Under the pieces are notes generated by a model. That model searched no databases, was not told where the DNA came from, and saw only the letters and a list, made by a program, of their open reading frames with translations. Both the position numbers and the translations under genes were made by a program. From NCBI GenBank assembly GCA_031800425.1, contig DAPKRR010000398.1, forward strand, positions 3,220 to 67,219: DNA of 64,000 nt, written 5' to 3'. Of the stretch, positions 49,235-60,317 are shown one piece after another (the stretch's first letter is position 1; each line of letters opens with the position of its first letter). The DNA comes from Sandaracinaceae bacterium LLY-WYZ-13_1. Its GTDB lineage: Bacteria; Myxococcota_A; Polyangia; Polyangiales; Sandaracinaceae.

Positions 49235-52200
49235 TCAGCCGTCGTCGCCCGGTGGGGCGCCCCGCTCCGGCACGATGGCGGTCGGCGACGGGCCGGCCGG
49301 CTCGACCGAGAGATCCCCGAGGTCGATCTCGAGCTCCTCGGCGGCCGTCGCGAGGCGGCGCTCGGAGGAGGGGATGCCGCGGGTCGCCCGCAGCGTCGTC
49401 CGCAGGACCCGGCGCGCCTCGTCGGGGCGTCCTCCTTCGTGGTGGAGCCGCGCCAGCGCGACCGCGGACCGGCTGTGGCTCGGGTACTCGCGCAGGGCGC
49501 GCCGCAGCATCACGAGCGCGCACCCGCCGTTGCCGCCCTGGACGCAGCGCGCGCCCAGGTCGTGCGCTCGGAAGGCCGCCTCCCTGCGCGACCGCACCGC
49601 CAGCGTGCCCAGCCTGGTCGCCGCGTCCCGATCCCCCGCCGCGAACGCGCACTCCTGCGCCCGCAACGCCACCTCCCCGACCTGGCGGGCCAGCGACTCG
49701 ATCGGCTCGGGGCGCTGCTGCCAGGCGGAGCACGGCTGCTCGAGCTCGGCTCGCACGAAGGCGCGGAGCGGCCGATCCCGCGGGGCGTCGACCCGCGTCG
49801 CCACCGCGAGCGCGTCGCGCAAGGCGTTCGGTGTGCCGATCTGGAGGCCGGCTCGCAGGAGCGGAGCGGCCGAGGTGGGCACCCCGTCCCGCTCCCGGGC
49901 GACGGAGAGCGCTCGCCGGGGCATCCCCTCGGCGACCCGCAGCGCGTCGGCCCGGAGCGCGGCCATCGGGAGGTGCGCGCGGTCCCAGGCCTCCAGCGCG
50001 CCCCGCACGTCGCCCCGCGCCTCGGCCAACGCCCCTTCGATCAGGGCGCGCTCCGCCGGCTCGAGCCCAGCGTGGCCCAGCGTCCGCTCGACGCGGTCGA
50101 GCGCGAAGGGGCGGGCCCACGTGGCCTCGACGCGGCTCAGCAGGGCTCGGACGCGCCCCTGTCCTTCCCAGCCGTCCACGAAGGCGGGGGACCACCACGG
50201 GACGTCGCGGAGCGCCCGGTCGAGGTCGCGTTCGGTGACCCGGGCGGCCCCGGAGGTGGCGGCGAGCTGGAACTCGAGGAGCGGGCGATCGTCCACGATC
50301 TCCTCCGCTCGTCCGCCGAGCGCCTCCGCCGCCTCCGTGTCGAGCTCGAGCGCCCGCGCCAGCCGCTCGCGTCCGGCCAGCCCGAACGGGTCGAGGAAGC
50401 GGGCGATCCGCCGGAGCCGCGCGTCCATCGTCGAGTCCCAGGCCGGCCGGCGGCGGCTCGCGACGAAGACGATGCTCGACGTCTCCGCGATGTAGCCCTG
50501 CACGTGAGGGAAGACCGACCGCAGGGTCCGCACGACCGATCGCACGTGCGGCAGACGGATCCGGAAGAGGTTCAGCCACAGGGAGAAGACGCCGTCGTCG
50601 GCGAGCGCGCGCTCGACCTCGCGGAAGAACTCGATGGTGTAGAGGGCGCTCGAGCCGGCCAGCCAGGGGTGGGACGGCTGTGAGACCACCGCCTGGTAGG
50701 TGCCGGCGTCGGCCAGGCTCAACCGGTTGCGCGCGTCGTCGACGATCAGGCGGGCGCGCGGGTCGTCGAGGGGAAACGGGACCTCGCGCGCCTCGTACAT
50801 GAGCCGCGCTCCCTCGACGATCGCCTCGTCGAGCTCCACCACGTCGACCGCGTCGAACCCGCCGGCCAGGACGATGCGGGCGCTGTGCCCCCCGCCGAGC
50901 CCGATCACCATGGCGCGCTCGGTCTCGCCGGCGAAGAGCGTCGGCATCGAGCCGAGCAGCGCCAGCTCGGGGCCGAAGCCAGGCTCGCGGGCGCCGAACC
51001 CGGACTCCGGGCGGGCGTCGTGGTAGAGCCCGAGGCCGGCGCTCCGACGGCGCACCGTGACCGTCGCGCTCCGGCCCTCCCGGAGGAAGGCCACGTTCTC
51101 TCGCCAGTCCGGCCCGGGGCCCTCGATCACCGCGCGCATCGGGTGCTCCGGCGCCTGGACGAGGAACGGGAGGTGGACGCTCGGCTCGAGCAGGAGCACG
51201 AGCACGCCCGCGACGAGCGGGCCGACCAGCGCGAGGGCTCGGCGCACCGGACGGGCGGGCTCTTCCGCGGAGCGCAGCGCCAGCCCGGCGATGATCAGGT
51301 GCACGAAGACGACCCCGAGGAGCGCGGCCTCGACGCCGATGCTCGGGACGAGGACGAAGCCGGCGAGCAGCGAGCCGACCAGGCCCCCCAGCGTGTTCGC
51401 GGCGAGCAGCTGCCCGCTCCCCCGTGCGGCGTTCGGATCGGCCCGCTCCGCGAGGTTCCACGCGAGCGGGAGACCCATCCCGAGCACCAGCGCGAGCGGG
51501 AGCAGCAGGGTGGCCGCGAAGGCGAGGATGGTCCCCGCGCTGTGCGGCGTGAAGGACACCTCACCCAGCCAGAGCGGCAGCACCCGCACGAGATGCGGCA
51601 AGGCGACCATCGCGAGCACGGTCAGCGCCGCGGCGCCGACTTGGGTGAACGCGAGCATCCGGGCCGGGCCGGCGCGACCGGCGGCGAGTCGCCGGGCGAT
51701 GGCCCCCCCCACCGCGATGCCGAGCAGATAGCACGCGAGCATGCTGGCGAACGCCTGGGTCGTGCCGTGAACGACGGTGCGGAGCAACCGCGTCCACAGG
51801 ACCTCGCCGGCGAGGGCGCTCAACCCGGTCCCGGCGGCGAGCGTCGTCGCTAGCAGCATCCCCCCGCGGACCGGGGCCTCCTCGCCCGCGGTCCGCGCCT
51901 CGACACCCCGTTCGTCGAGGCCCTCCGCCTCGGCGCCTTCCTCGGGCCGCTTCGCCGACGACACCTCCGGCTCGGCCGCGACCACGACGAAGCCGCGGTG
52001 GCTCAGGTAGACGGTCACCGCCGCGAGCAAGCTCGCGACGGCCGCCACCCACATCGACACCTTGGCCCCGAAGCTGGGAACGAGGACGAGGCCCGTCAGG
52101 CCGGCGCCCAGCACCGCACCGAGGGTGTTCGAGACGTAGAGCCCCGTGACGCCCTTGGCCCACCGCCCCCGGTCGGTGGCGGCGAGCGCCACCACCGGGA

Positions 52201-52624
52201 GCGTGGCGCCGAGGAGCAAGGTCGGAGGGACGAGGATCCCCAGCGACAGCACGAGTCGCCACGCGGAGAGCGCCTCCACGCTCGCGTCCGCGCCCACCGC
52301 GGCGTAGGCGCCCCCGGCCAGCGGGATGATCCACGGCGAGATGCCGGCGTAGACGGCGACCACCGTCTCGAGAATCGCGTACACGCGCCCCGGTCGCTCG
52401 ATGCGGTCGGACTGGCGCGAGGCGATCCAGCTGCCCGCTCCCAGACCGACGAAGAACGCGGCCAGCACCGTGGCGACGGCGAGGTCGCCCACCCCGAACA
52501 CGCGGTGGAGCATGCGTGTCCAGCTCGTCTCGTAGGCCAGGGCGGCGAAGCCCGACAGGACCAGCGCGACGTGCAGGGCGGCTCGACGGCCAGGGGCGCT
52601 CACGGGGCGGAGAGAATCCTCCAT
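49235..52624 (-). CDS. Fused MFS-like membrane domain / spermidine synthase-like methyltransferase-fold domain / TPR-like C-terminal region
   Basis: Two blocks of TM helices precede a SpeE-like core (VIGLGGGHSARIVL...VDVVELD...VDDARN...SQPSHPW). A C-terminal region of about 400 aa is helical. Confidence 0.75.
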   Translation of the reverse strand: MEDSLRPVSAPGRRAALHVALVLSGFAALAYETSWTRMLHRVFGVGDLAVATVLAAFFVGLGAGSWIASRQSDRIERPGRVYAILETVVAVYAGISPWIIPLAGGAYAAVGADASVEALSAWRLVLSLGILVPPTLLLGATLPVVALAATDRGRWAKGVTGLYVSNTLGAVLGAGLTGLVLVPSFGAKVSMWVAAVASLLAAVTVYLSHRGFVVVAAEPEVSSAKRPEEGAEAEGLDERGVEARTAGEEAPVRGGMLLATTLAAGTGLSALAGEVLWTRLLRTVVHGTTQAFASMLACYLLGIAVGGAIARRLAAGRAGPARMLAFTQVGAAALTVLAMVALPHLVRVLPLWLGEVSFTPHSAGTILAFAATLLLPLALVLGMGLPLAWNLAERADPNAARGSGQLLAANTLGGLVGSLLAGFVLVPSIGVEAALLGVVFVHLIIAGLALRSAEEPARPVRRALALVGPLVAGVLVLLLEPSVHLPFLVQAPEHPMRAVIEGPGPDWRENVAFLREGRSATVTVRRRSAGLGLYHDARPESGFGAREPGFGPELALLGSMPTLFAGETERAMVIGLGGGHSARIVLAGGFDAVDVVELDEAIVEGARLMYEAREVPFPLDDPRARLIVDDARNRLSLADAGTYQAVVSQPSHPWLAGSSALYTIEFFREVERALADDGVFSLWLNLFRIRLPHVRSVVRTLRSVFPHVQGYIAETSSIVFVASRRRPAWDSTMDARLRRIARFLDPFGLAGRERLARALELDTEAAEALGGRAEEIVDDRPLLEFQLAATSGAARVTERDLDRALRDVPWWSPAFVDGWEGQGRVRALLSRVEATWARPFALDRVERTLGHAGLEPAERALIEGALAEARGDVRGALEAWDRAHLPMAALRADALRVAEGMPRRALSVARERDGVPTSAAPLLRAGLQIGTPNALRDALAVATRVDAPRDRPLRAFVRAELEQPCSAWQQRPEPIESLARQVGEVALRAQECAFAAGDRDAATRLGTLAVRSRREAAFRAHDLGARCVQGGNGGCALVMLRRALREYPSHSRSAVALARLHHEGGRPDEARRVLRTTLRATRGIPSSERRLATAAEELEIDLGDLSVEPAGPSPTAIVPERGAPPGDDG

Positions 52625-52653
52625 CGCGGGGGGTGGGGTCAAACCGCCGACGC

Positions 52654-53313
52654 TCACTCCGCGCGGTCTCGGACGTAGAGGATGCCGAAGGGCTCGAGGG
52701 CGCCCTCCTCGGTGGCGCGGACGCGGCGCTCGAAGACGGAGCGCTCGCCGTCGCCGTCCAGGTCGCCCTCGGCGCGCAGCGTCAACAGGTAGGTGCCCTC
52801 GGGGCTGCGCAGGCCGCACCCGGAGGCGGTGGGCTCGAAGGTGTAGCTGTAGCGGACCGGGATCGGCGGCTGGAAGCCGAGCGCGCGCCAGGTGTCGTGC
52901 CCCGGCGTGTCCTCGTCGGTGAAGTCGACGCGCTCGGGGTCCCGGGTCGGCATCCGCGGGGTCGGGCCGGCGGTCGGAGGCAGGCAGCGCGTGCGAGGGC
53001 CCTCCTCCGCCGGCTCCGCGTCGGGCGAAGCGTCGTCCCCCTCGCCTTCGTCGCTCCGCTCCGCACGGTCGTCGGCCTCGTCGCCCTCTTCGTCGTCGGC
53101 CTCCGGCTCGTGGGTCGCGGCGAAGTAGGCGGCCGAGCGCTGGTAGAGCAGCTCGAGGTGCTGCGCCGCCTCGCTCGTCTTGCTCGTCCGGAGCTCCCGC
53201 ACGAAGGTCGGGATGAAGACGGCCAGGACGATGCCCACCACGCAGATCACGGCGGCCGCTTCGACCATCGAGAGGCCGGCGAGTCGGGGGCGGGGATGCC
53301 GCGGGCGGGGCAT
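52654..53313 (-). CDS. Pseudopilin / type IV pilin-like protein with divergent N-terminal motif
   Basis: The leader is MPRPRHPRPRLAG, then LSMVEAAAVICVVGIVLAVFIP, giving Gly at -1 and Glu at +5. It shares the C-terminal GDLDGDG motif with the two pilins at 45135 and 45949. Confidence 0.6.
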   Translation of the reverse strand: MPRPRHPRPRLAGLSMVEAAAVICVVGIVLAVFIPTFVRELRTSKTSEAAQHLELLYQRSAAYFAATHEPEADDEEGDEADDRAERSDEGEGDDASPDAEPAEEGPRTRCLPPTAGPTPRMPTRDPERVDFTDEDTPGHDTWRALGFQPPIPVRYSYTFEPTASGCGLRSPEGTYLLTLRAEGDLDGDGERSVFERRVRATEEGALEPFGILYVRDRAE

Positions 53314-53343
53314 CGGCGCAGTGTGACGCGCCGGCGGAGGGGA

Positions 53344-56145
<2,802 letters not shown>

Positions 56146-56200
56146 CGCGCTCCTCGCGTCTCCTTCATCGGGCCCCACGCCCCGAGCTCGAGGCGGCGGG

Positions 56201-56230
56201 ACTGTACCCAAGCTGCACAAGCCCGGTCAA
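56201..56230 (-). promoter_or_regulatory. Sigma70-like promoter candidate for the PEGA kinase operon
   Basis: On the minus strand the sequence reads TTGACC-N18-TACAGT, about 55 nt upstream of GTG 56145. Confidence 0.3.
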
Positions 56231-56330
56231 CGGGCAACACCGCGGCGACACGGTTGTGAATTCCACGTACGACCATCGGACGATGGACCCCCGACCCGGT
56301 CCCATGCTTGGGCACGTTCTCTGGGACTTC

Positions 56331-56352
56331 CCGAGATCATGCCGGATCTCGG
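56331..56352 (-). terminator. Hairpin downstream of 56416..59118 (candidate terminator)
   Basis: CCGAGATC-N6-GATCTCGG forms a perfect 8-bp stem, 64 nt after the stop. No U-tract follows. Confidence 0.3.
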
Positions 56353-56415
56353 CCGACGAATCCAACTCGTGCGCCCCGAGGCCCCAGGATACGCCCGCCC
56401 CGTGTGAACGCTCAC

Positions 56416-59118
56416 TCACTCGCCGGCGCCGGGACGCGTGAACCGCGGGCCCTCGTCGTCGTCCCGGTCGGGGAAGTAGCGGACGCGCTGGTCCTGCAGG
56501 TAGCCCCAGTGGTGATAGGGCTGCGGCTCGTTGTCCTCGAAGATCACCTCGGCGGCCGGTCGCTCCTCGGCCAGGAACGCCAGCGCGGTGTCGGGGTCGA
56601 CCGGCCGCTCGGTGAACCCGTCCGGCCCGGGGTGCGCGCCGTCGACCGCGAAGGCGAGGCGGTTCTCGGTCGGCAGGACCACCGCCTCCGACACGCCGGC
56701 GGCCGCCAGCCGCTCCGCCAGCGGCGTCGGGTCGCCGTCGCGCTCCGCGTAGACCAAGAAGCCGTCGCGGTCGACGCCCACCGCCACGTCCGCGTCGGGC
56801 ACGCGGGACGCGGGCGGACCGGCCAGCACCACCCGATCGCCCTCCTCCGGCGCGCCCACCGCGAACGACCAGCCGATGTCGTGGCGCCGCGCCACCAGCG
56901 CGTGGGGCGCCTCGGCGTCCACCCGCGGGGCCGCGCCCACCAGGTGCGCGAGCGGCCGCACGTGGTCGTCGCGACGGATCGGCGCCGGCACCGCGCGGTT
57001 CGGATCGATCCGCACCACCCACGTGCGCGCCTCCTCTGCGCCCAGGTGTGTCCGCGCGAAGGCGTGGGGCCAGCCGGCGTGGGGCAGCCCCTCGGTGCTC
57101 AGCTGGGCCCGGGCCTCGTCCACCCCGGCGAGCGGCGGCCCCGGCAGGACCGGACGCAGCGTCAGGTAGAAGAAGTCGCGCGCGTCGCGGTCGGAGTAGC
57201 GCGGAAACGGCATGCCCATCGAGCGGACGGCCTTGCGGGCCCGCAGGTGCCAGTCCTCCTCGGTGCGCGGGAAGTCCCCGTCGTACTCGGACTCGCGGCG
57301 GGGTCGACGGCTCAGCGACGGGCGCTCCTGGCCGGGGGCGAACGGGCGGAAGAACTCGAAGCCACAGTGCGGGTTGTTCATGTCGAGGTGCAGGCCCCGC
57401 ACGCAGCGGGTGCGGAGCATCGCCGTCCCGAGCACCTCCGGGCCGATCCCCTGGCTCCAGAAGTAAGCGAGAAAGCCCTCCTCGGTCAGGCACAGCGCGC
57501 TGCGGGTGGTGTAGGTCTGCTCGTCCGCGTTGCGGGGCGCGGCGCCCCAGTACCAGCGCTCCCACGGGTTGTACTCGCCGTCCTCGACCACGCTGGTGAG
57601 GTTCTGGCGCATGTCGACCATGTCCTCGGGGATCTGACGGTTCGCCAGGCGCTCGTCGTAGTAGCTCCCGCGCCAGTCCGGCGCCGGCCAGCTCCCCAGC
57701 CCCACGCGTCCGTCGTCGAAGACGGCGACGGTGGCGGCCCACGGCTTGGGCGGCAGGTAGACGCGGTCCGAGGCCATCATCCCGAACTCGCCGTGCAGGG
57801 CCTGGAAGCCGCCGTTGAAGGCACCGACCAGCAGGCGCAGGGTGTCCGGGTCGCGCGGGATCATGCCCGTGCCGCGCTGCCCGGTGGCGCTCTCCGGCTC
57901 GCGCACCCCCGACTGGATCCGAAGCTGCACCTGCCGCGGGTCCCAGATCGTCACGTAGACCCGGGTGAAGGCCCGCTCCGGGTCGGCCCGCAGGAAGGTC
58001 TGGAAGAAGGCGGGCGGCGCGCCCGGGTAGGCGTTCACGTAGGGGTCGTCCACCACCGGGATCCAGCGGCCCTCCCCCTCGACCGCGGGCTGCTCGATCA
58101 CCGGCTCGAGCGCGGCCGGCGGCCAGCCGAGCTCGGGGTCGGTGACGGTGAGCATGGCGATCCGCTCCTCCGTCACCTCCTCGGGCATCGCCAGGTCCTC
58201 GGCCACCTCCTGCGCGGTCTGTTCGGCGCCCGGCGGGCCGAAGACCGCGTAGTAGCCGCGCTGCACGGCGTCCTTGGCGCGGAAGACCCGGTTCTCGAGC
58301 CACTCGATCGGCCCCGGGCCGATCCAGGAGACGTTGCGGACGGTGTCGACCATCCAGCTGACGAGCTCGGGGCGGCCCTTCGTCTGGGGCTGGAGCTCGA
58401 CGAGCGCCTCGCCCGCCACCGGCGTCGCCCGGGCCGGGTCCAGGACCAGGCGCTCGCCGTCCGCCTCCGCGATCAGCCGGCCGTCCCGGACGCGCAGCGA
58501 GAGCCGCTCGGGGCCGTCCACCAGCTGGTAGCGCCGCACCCCGAAGCCCTCGGTGCGGCCGGTCTCCTGGAGGTTGGTGACCTCGCTCTGGAAACGCGCG
58601 AGGCCCGACCAGCCGGCGGTGAGCGACGCGGGCTCCCCTCGCAGATCCATCACCACCACCGCGTCGTGGCGTTCGCCGACCCGGGTCGCGTAGGCCAGCG
58701 TGTGACCGAATTGCACGAGGGAGCCCTCGTCGGCGCTGGCGGTGCGGCTGAGGTTGGTGAGCCAGGCGACGTCGAGGGCGGTGCCCTCCCCGCCGGGTCG
58801 GACCTCCGCGTAGTAGAGATCGTTCAGCTCGCCCGCGCGTCGACCGAGAAAGACCGCCGGCCGCATCGAGAGCGGCCCGGCGTCCTCCTCGAGCCACGTC
58901 ACCGTGGAAGGATCGACACGAACGCCGCTGCGGGCCGCCACCTCGGCGAGGGCCTCCTCGAGGGTCGCCGCGCTCGCCCCCGACCACGTCGCGCGCACCG
59001 TCACCGCGACCAGCAGCCCCACACAGAGCAGCACCCAGAGGCGCCGGCGTCGCCAGAAGGCGTCCTTCAGCCGCCGCTCCCATTCGGCCCGTCGGGCGGC
59101 GGTCTCGCGCCGCGGCAT
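56416..59118 (-). CDS. Membrane-anchored large protein with phosphodiester glycosidase (NAGPA-like) domain
   Basis: It has an N-terminal TM (LWVLLCVGLLVAVTV). The central NGGF motif region (LLVGAFNGGFQALHGEFG) and the later RSALCLTEEGFLAYFW...LHLDMN resemble the family. The call is by resemblance only. Confidence 0.55.
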   Translation of the reverse strand: MPRRETAARRAEWERRLKDAFWRRRRLWVLLCVGLLVAVTVRATWSGASAATLEEALAEVAARSGVRVDPSTVTWLEEDAGPLSMRPAVFLGRRAGELNDLYYAEVRPGGEGTALDVAWLTNLSRTASADEGSLVQFGHTLAYATRVGERHDAVVVMDLRGEPASLTAGWSGLARFQSEVTNLQETGRTEGFGVRRYQLVDGPERLSLRVRDGRLIAEADGERLVLDPARATPVAGEALVELQPQTKGRPELVSWMVDTVRNVSWIGPGPIEWLENRVFRAKDAVQRGYYAVFGPPGAEQTAQEVAEDLAMPEEVTEERIAMLTVTDPELGWPPAALEPVIEQPAVEGEGRWIPVVDDPYVNAYPGAPPAFFQTFLRADPERAFTRVYVTIWDPRQVQLRIQSGVREPESATGQRGTGMIPRDPDTLRLLVGAFNGGFQALHGEFGMMASDRVYLPPKPWAATVAVFDDGRVGLGSWPAPDWRGSYYDERLANRQIPEDMVDMRQNLTSVVEDGEYNPWERWYWGAAPRNADEQTYTTRSALCLTEEGFLAYFWSQGIGPEVLGTAMLRTRCVRGLHLDMNNPHCGFEFFRPFAPGQERPSLSRRPRRESEYDGDFPRTEEDWHLRARKAVRSMGMPFPRYSDRDARDFFYLTLRPVLPGPPLAGVDEARAQLSTEGLPHAGWPHAFARTHLGAEEARTWVVRIDPNRAVPAPIRRDDHVRPLAHLVGAAPRVDAEAPHALVARRHDIGWSFAVGAPEEGDRVVLAGPPASRVPDADVAVGVDRDGFLVYAERDGDPTPLAERLAAAGVSEAVVLPTENRLAFAVDGAHPGPDGFTERPVDPDTALAFLAEERPAAEVIFEDNEPQPYHHWGYLQDQRVRYFPDRDDDEGPRFTRPGAGE

Positions 59119-59405
59119 GGTCGAGCTCCGCTCCACGGCCCCTGGGTCTAGCACGCGGTGTTCCGCGCGGGAGAAAAGCTGCCGCCCCGAGCCCGTGTCG
59201 GCCCGTGGACGAGAGCAAGCTCACGGGCCCCGGTCGCACGGGGGGGCACCGTTGCCGACTCGTGGCAGCCTTGCCGTTGGCGCGTTTCCCGCCCAAGCTC
59301 TGGCCCTTCTCGGGGGATCCCACCCGGTGCCGAGCGCTCGAGCAGCGGGCGCCGCCGTCCCGGGTCCCCGCGCCGGCGACCCCTCGCCCAGCCCCAGAAC
59401 AGCCC

Positions 59406-60317
59406 ATGAACCGCTTACTCTCCATCCTCCTCGCGCTGTCGGCCGTGGTGGTGCTCGCCGCCCCCGGTCGTGCCGTCGCCCAGCGCGGTCGCTCGTCGGA
59501 CGACGAGGGGTCCGCGCCCACGCCCACCGTCCGCGACGTCGACGAGATCGCCGCGCGGCTCGAGTCCTCGGACCCCGACGAGGTCCGCGAGGCCATCGAC
59601 CTGCTGAGCGTCATCGATCACCCGAGCGTGATCCCGCCGCTCACCGAGCTGCTGCGCAGCGGCCGCTCCGACGAGGTCACCGACCGGGCGCTCATGGCGC
59701 TGCGCGGCCTGGGTCACCCGTCGGCGATCGACGTGCTGGTGGAGTTCACCCACCACCGCCGCGCCCGGGCCCGCCGCCTCGCCTACCAGGGGCTCGCCGC
59801 GATCGACGACCGGCGGATCCCCGAGCTGCTCGAGCAGGGCCTGCGGGACAGCGACCGGAACATCCGCGCCGCCGCGGCCCGCGCCCTGGGCGACATCGGC
59901 GCTCGGCGCTCGGTGGACACCCTCTTTTTGGCCTTCGACCGCGGCGTGGTCGAGGCCGCCATCGCGATCGGCAAGCTCGGCAACCGCGGGACGGTCGAGC
60001 AGTTCACCGAGTACCTGGGCGACGTACCGCTCTCGGTGATGCTCTCGGGCTACCACGAGTACGTGCGGCGCGACGACATCCCCGACGAGGTGAAGATGGA
60101 GATCGTCAACCGCCTCGGCGAGGTCTCGGGGCCGATGGTCCGCCAGTTCCTGCAGCGCTACCTGGACACCTTCCCCACCCGTGGGCGCGCCTCGCGCAGC
60201 CGCCTGCGCCAGAACGTGGTGGACACCCTCCGCCGCATCCCGGGGCACGCCGGGTCCGCGCGCGGCCGCGTCGTCTCGACCGACAGCGCCGAGGCCGAAG
60301 AGGGAGACGAGGAATGA
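59406..60317 (+). CDS. Secreted HEAT-repeat protein
   Basis: The signal peptide ends AVA-Q. Repeats of the type SDPDEVREAIDLL, RSGRSDEVTDRALMAL and DSDRNIRAAAARALG follow. Confidence 0.7.
   Translation: MNRLLSILLALSAVVVLAAPGRAVAQRGRSSDDEGSAPTPTVRDVDEIAARLESSDPDEVREAIDLLSVIDHPSVIPPLTELLRSGRSDEVTDRALMALRGLGHPSAIDVLVEFTHHRRARARRLAYQGLAAIDDRRIPELLEQGLRDSDRNIRAAAARALGDIGARRSVDTLFLAFDRGVVEAAIAIGKLGNRGTVEQFTEYLGDVPLSVMLSGYHEYVRRDDIPDEVKMEIVNRLGEVSGPMVRQFLQRYLDTFPTRGRASRSRLRQNVVDTLRRIPGHAGSARGRVVSTDSAEAEEGDEE

Noticed and set aside
59240-59275. Sigma54-like elements (GGGGCACCGTTGCC and TGGCAGCCTTGCC) in the divergent region upstream of the HEAT-repeat gene.
   Set aside because: The GG-to-GC spacing is 7-8 nt, not the required 10 nt, so neither fits the -24/-12 geometry.
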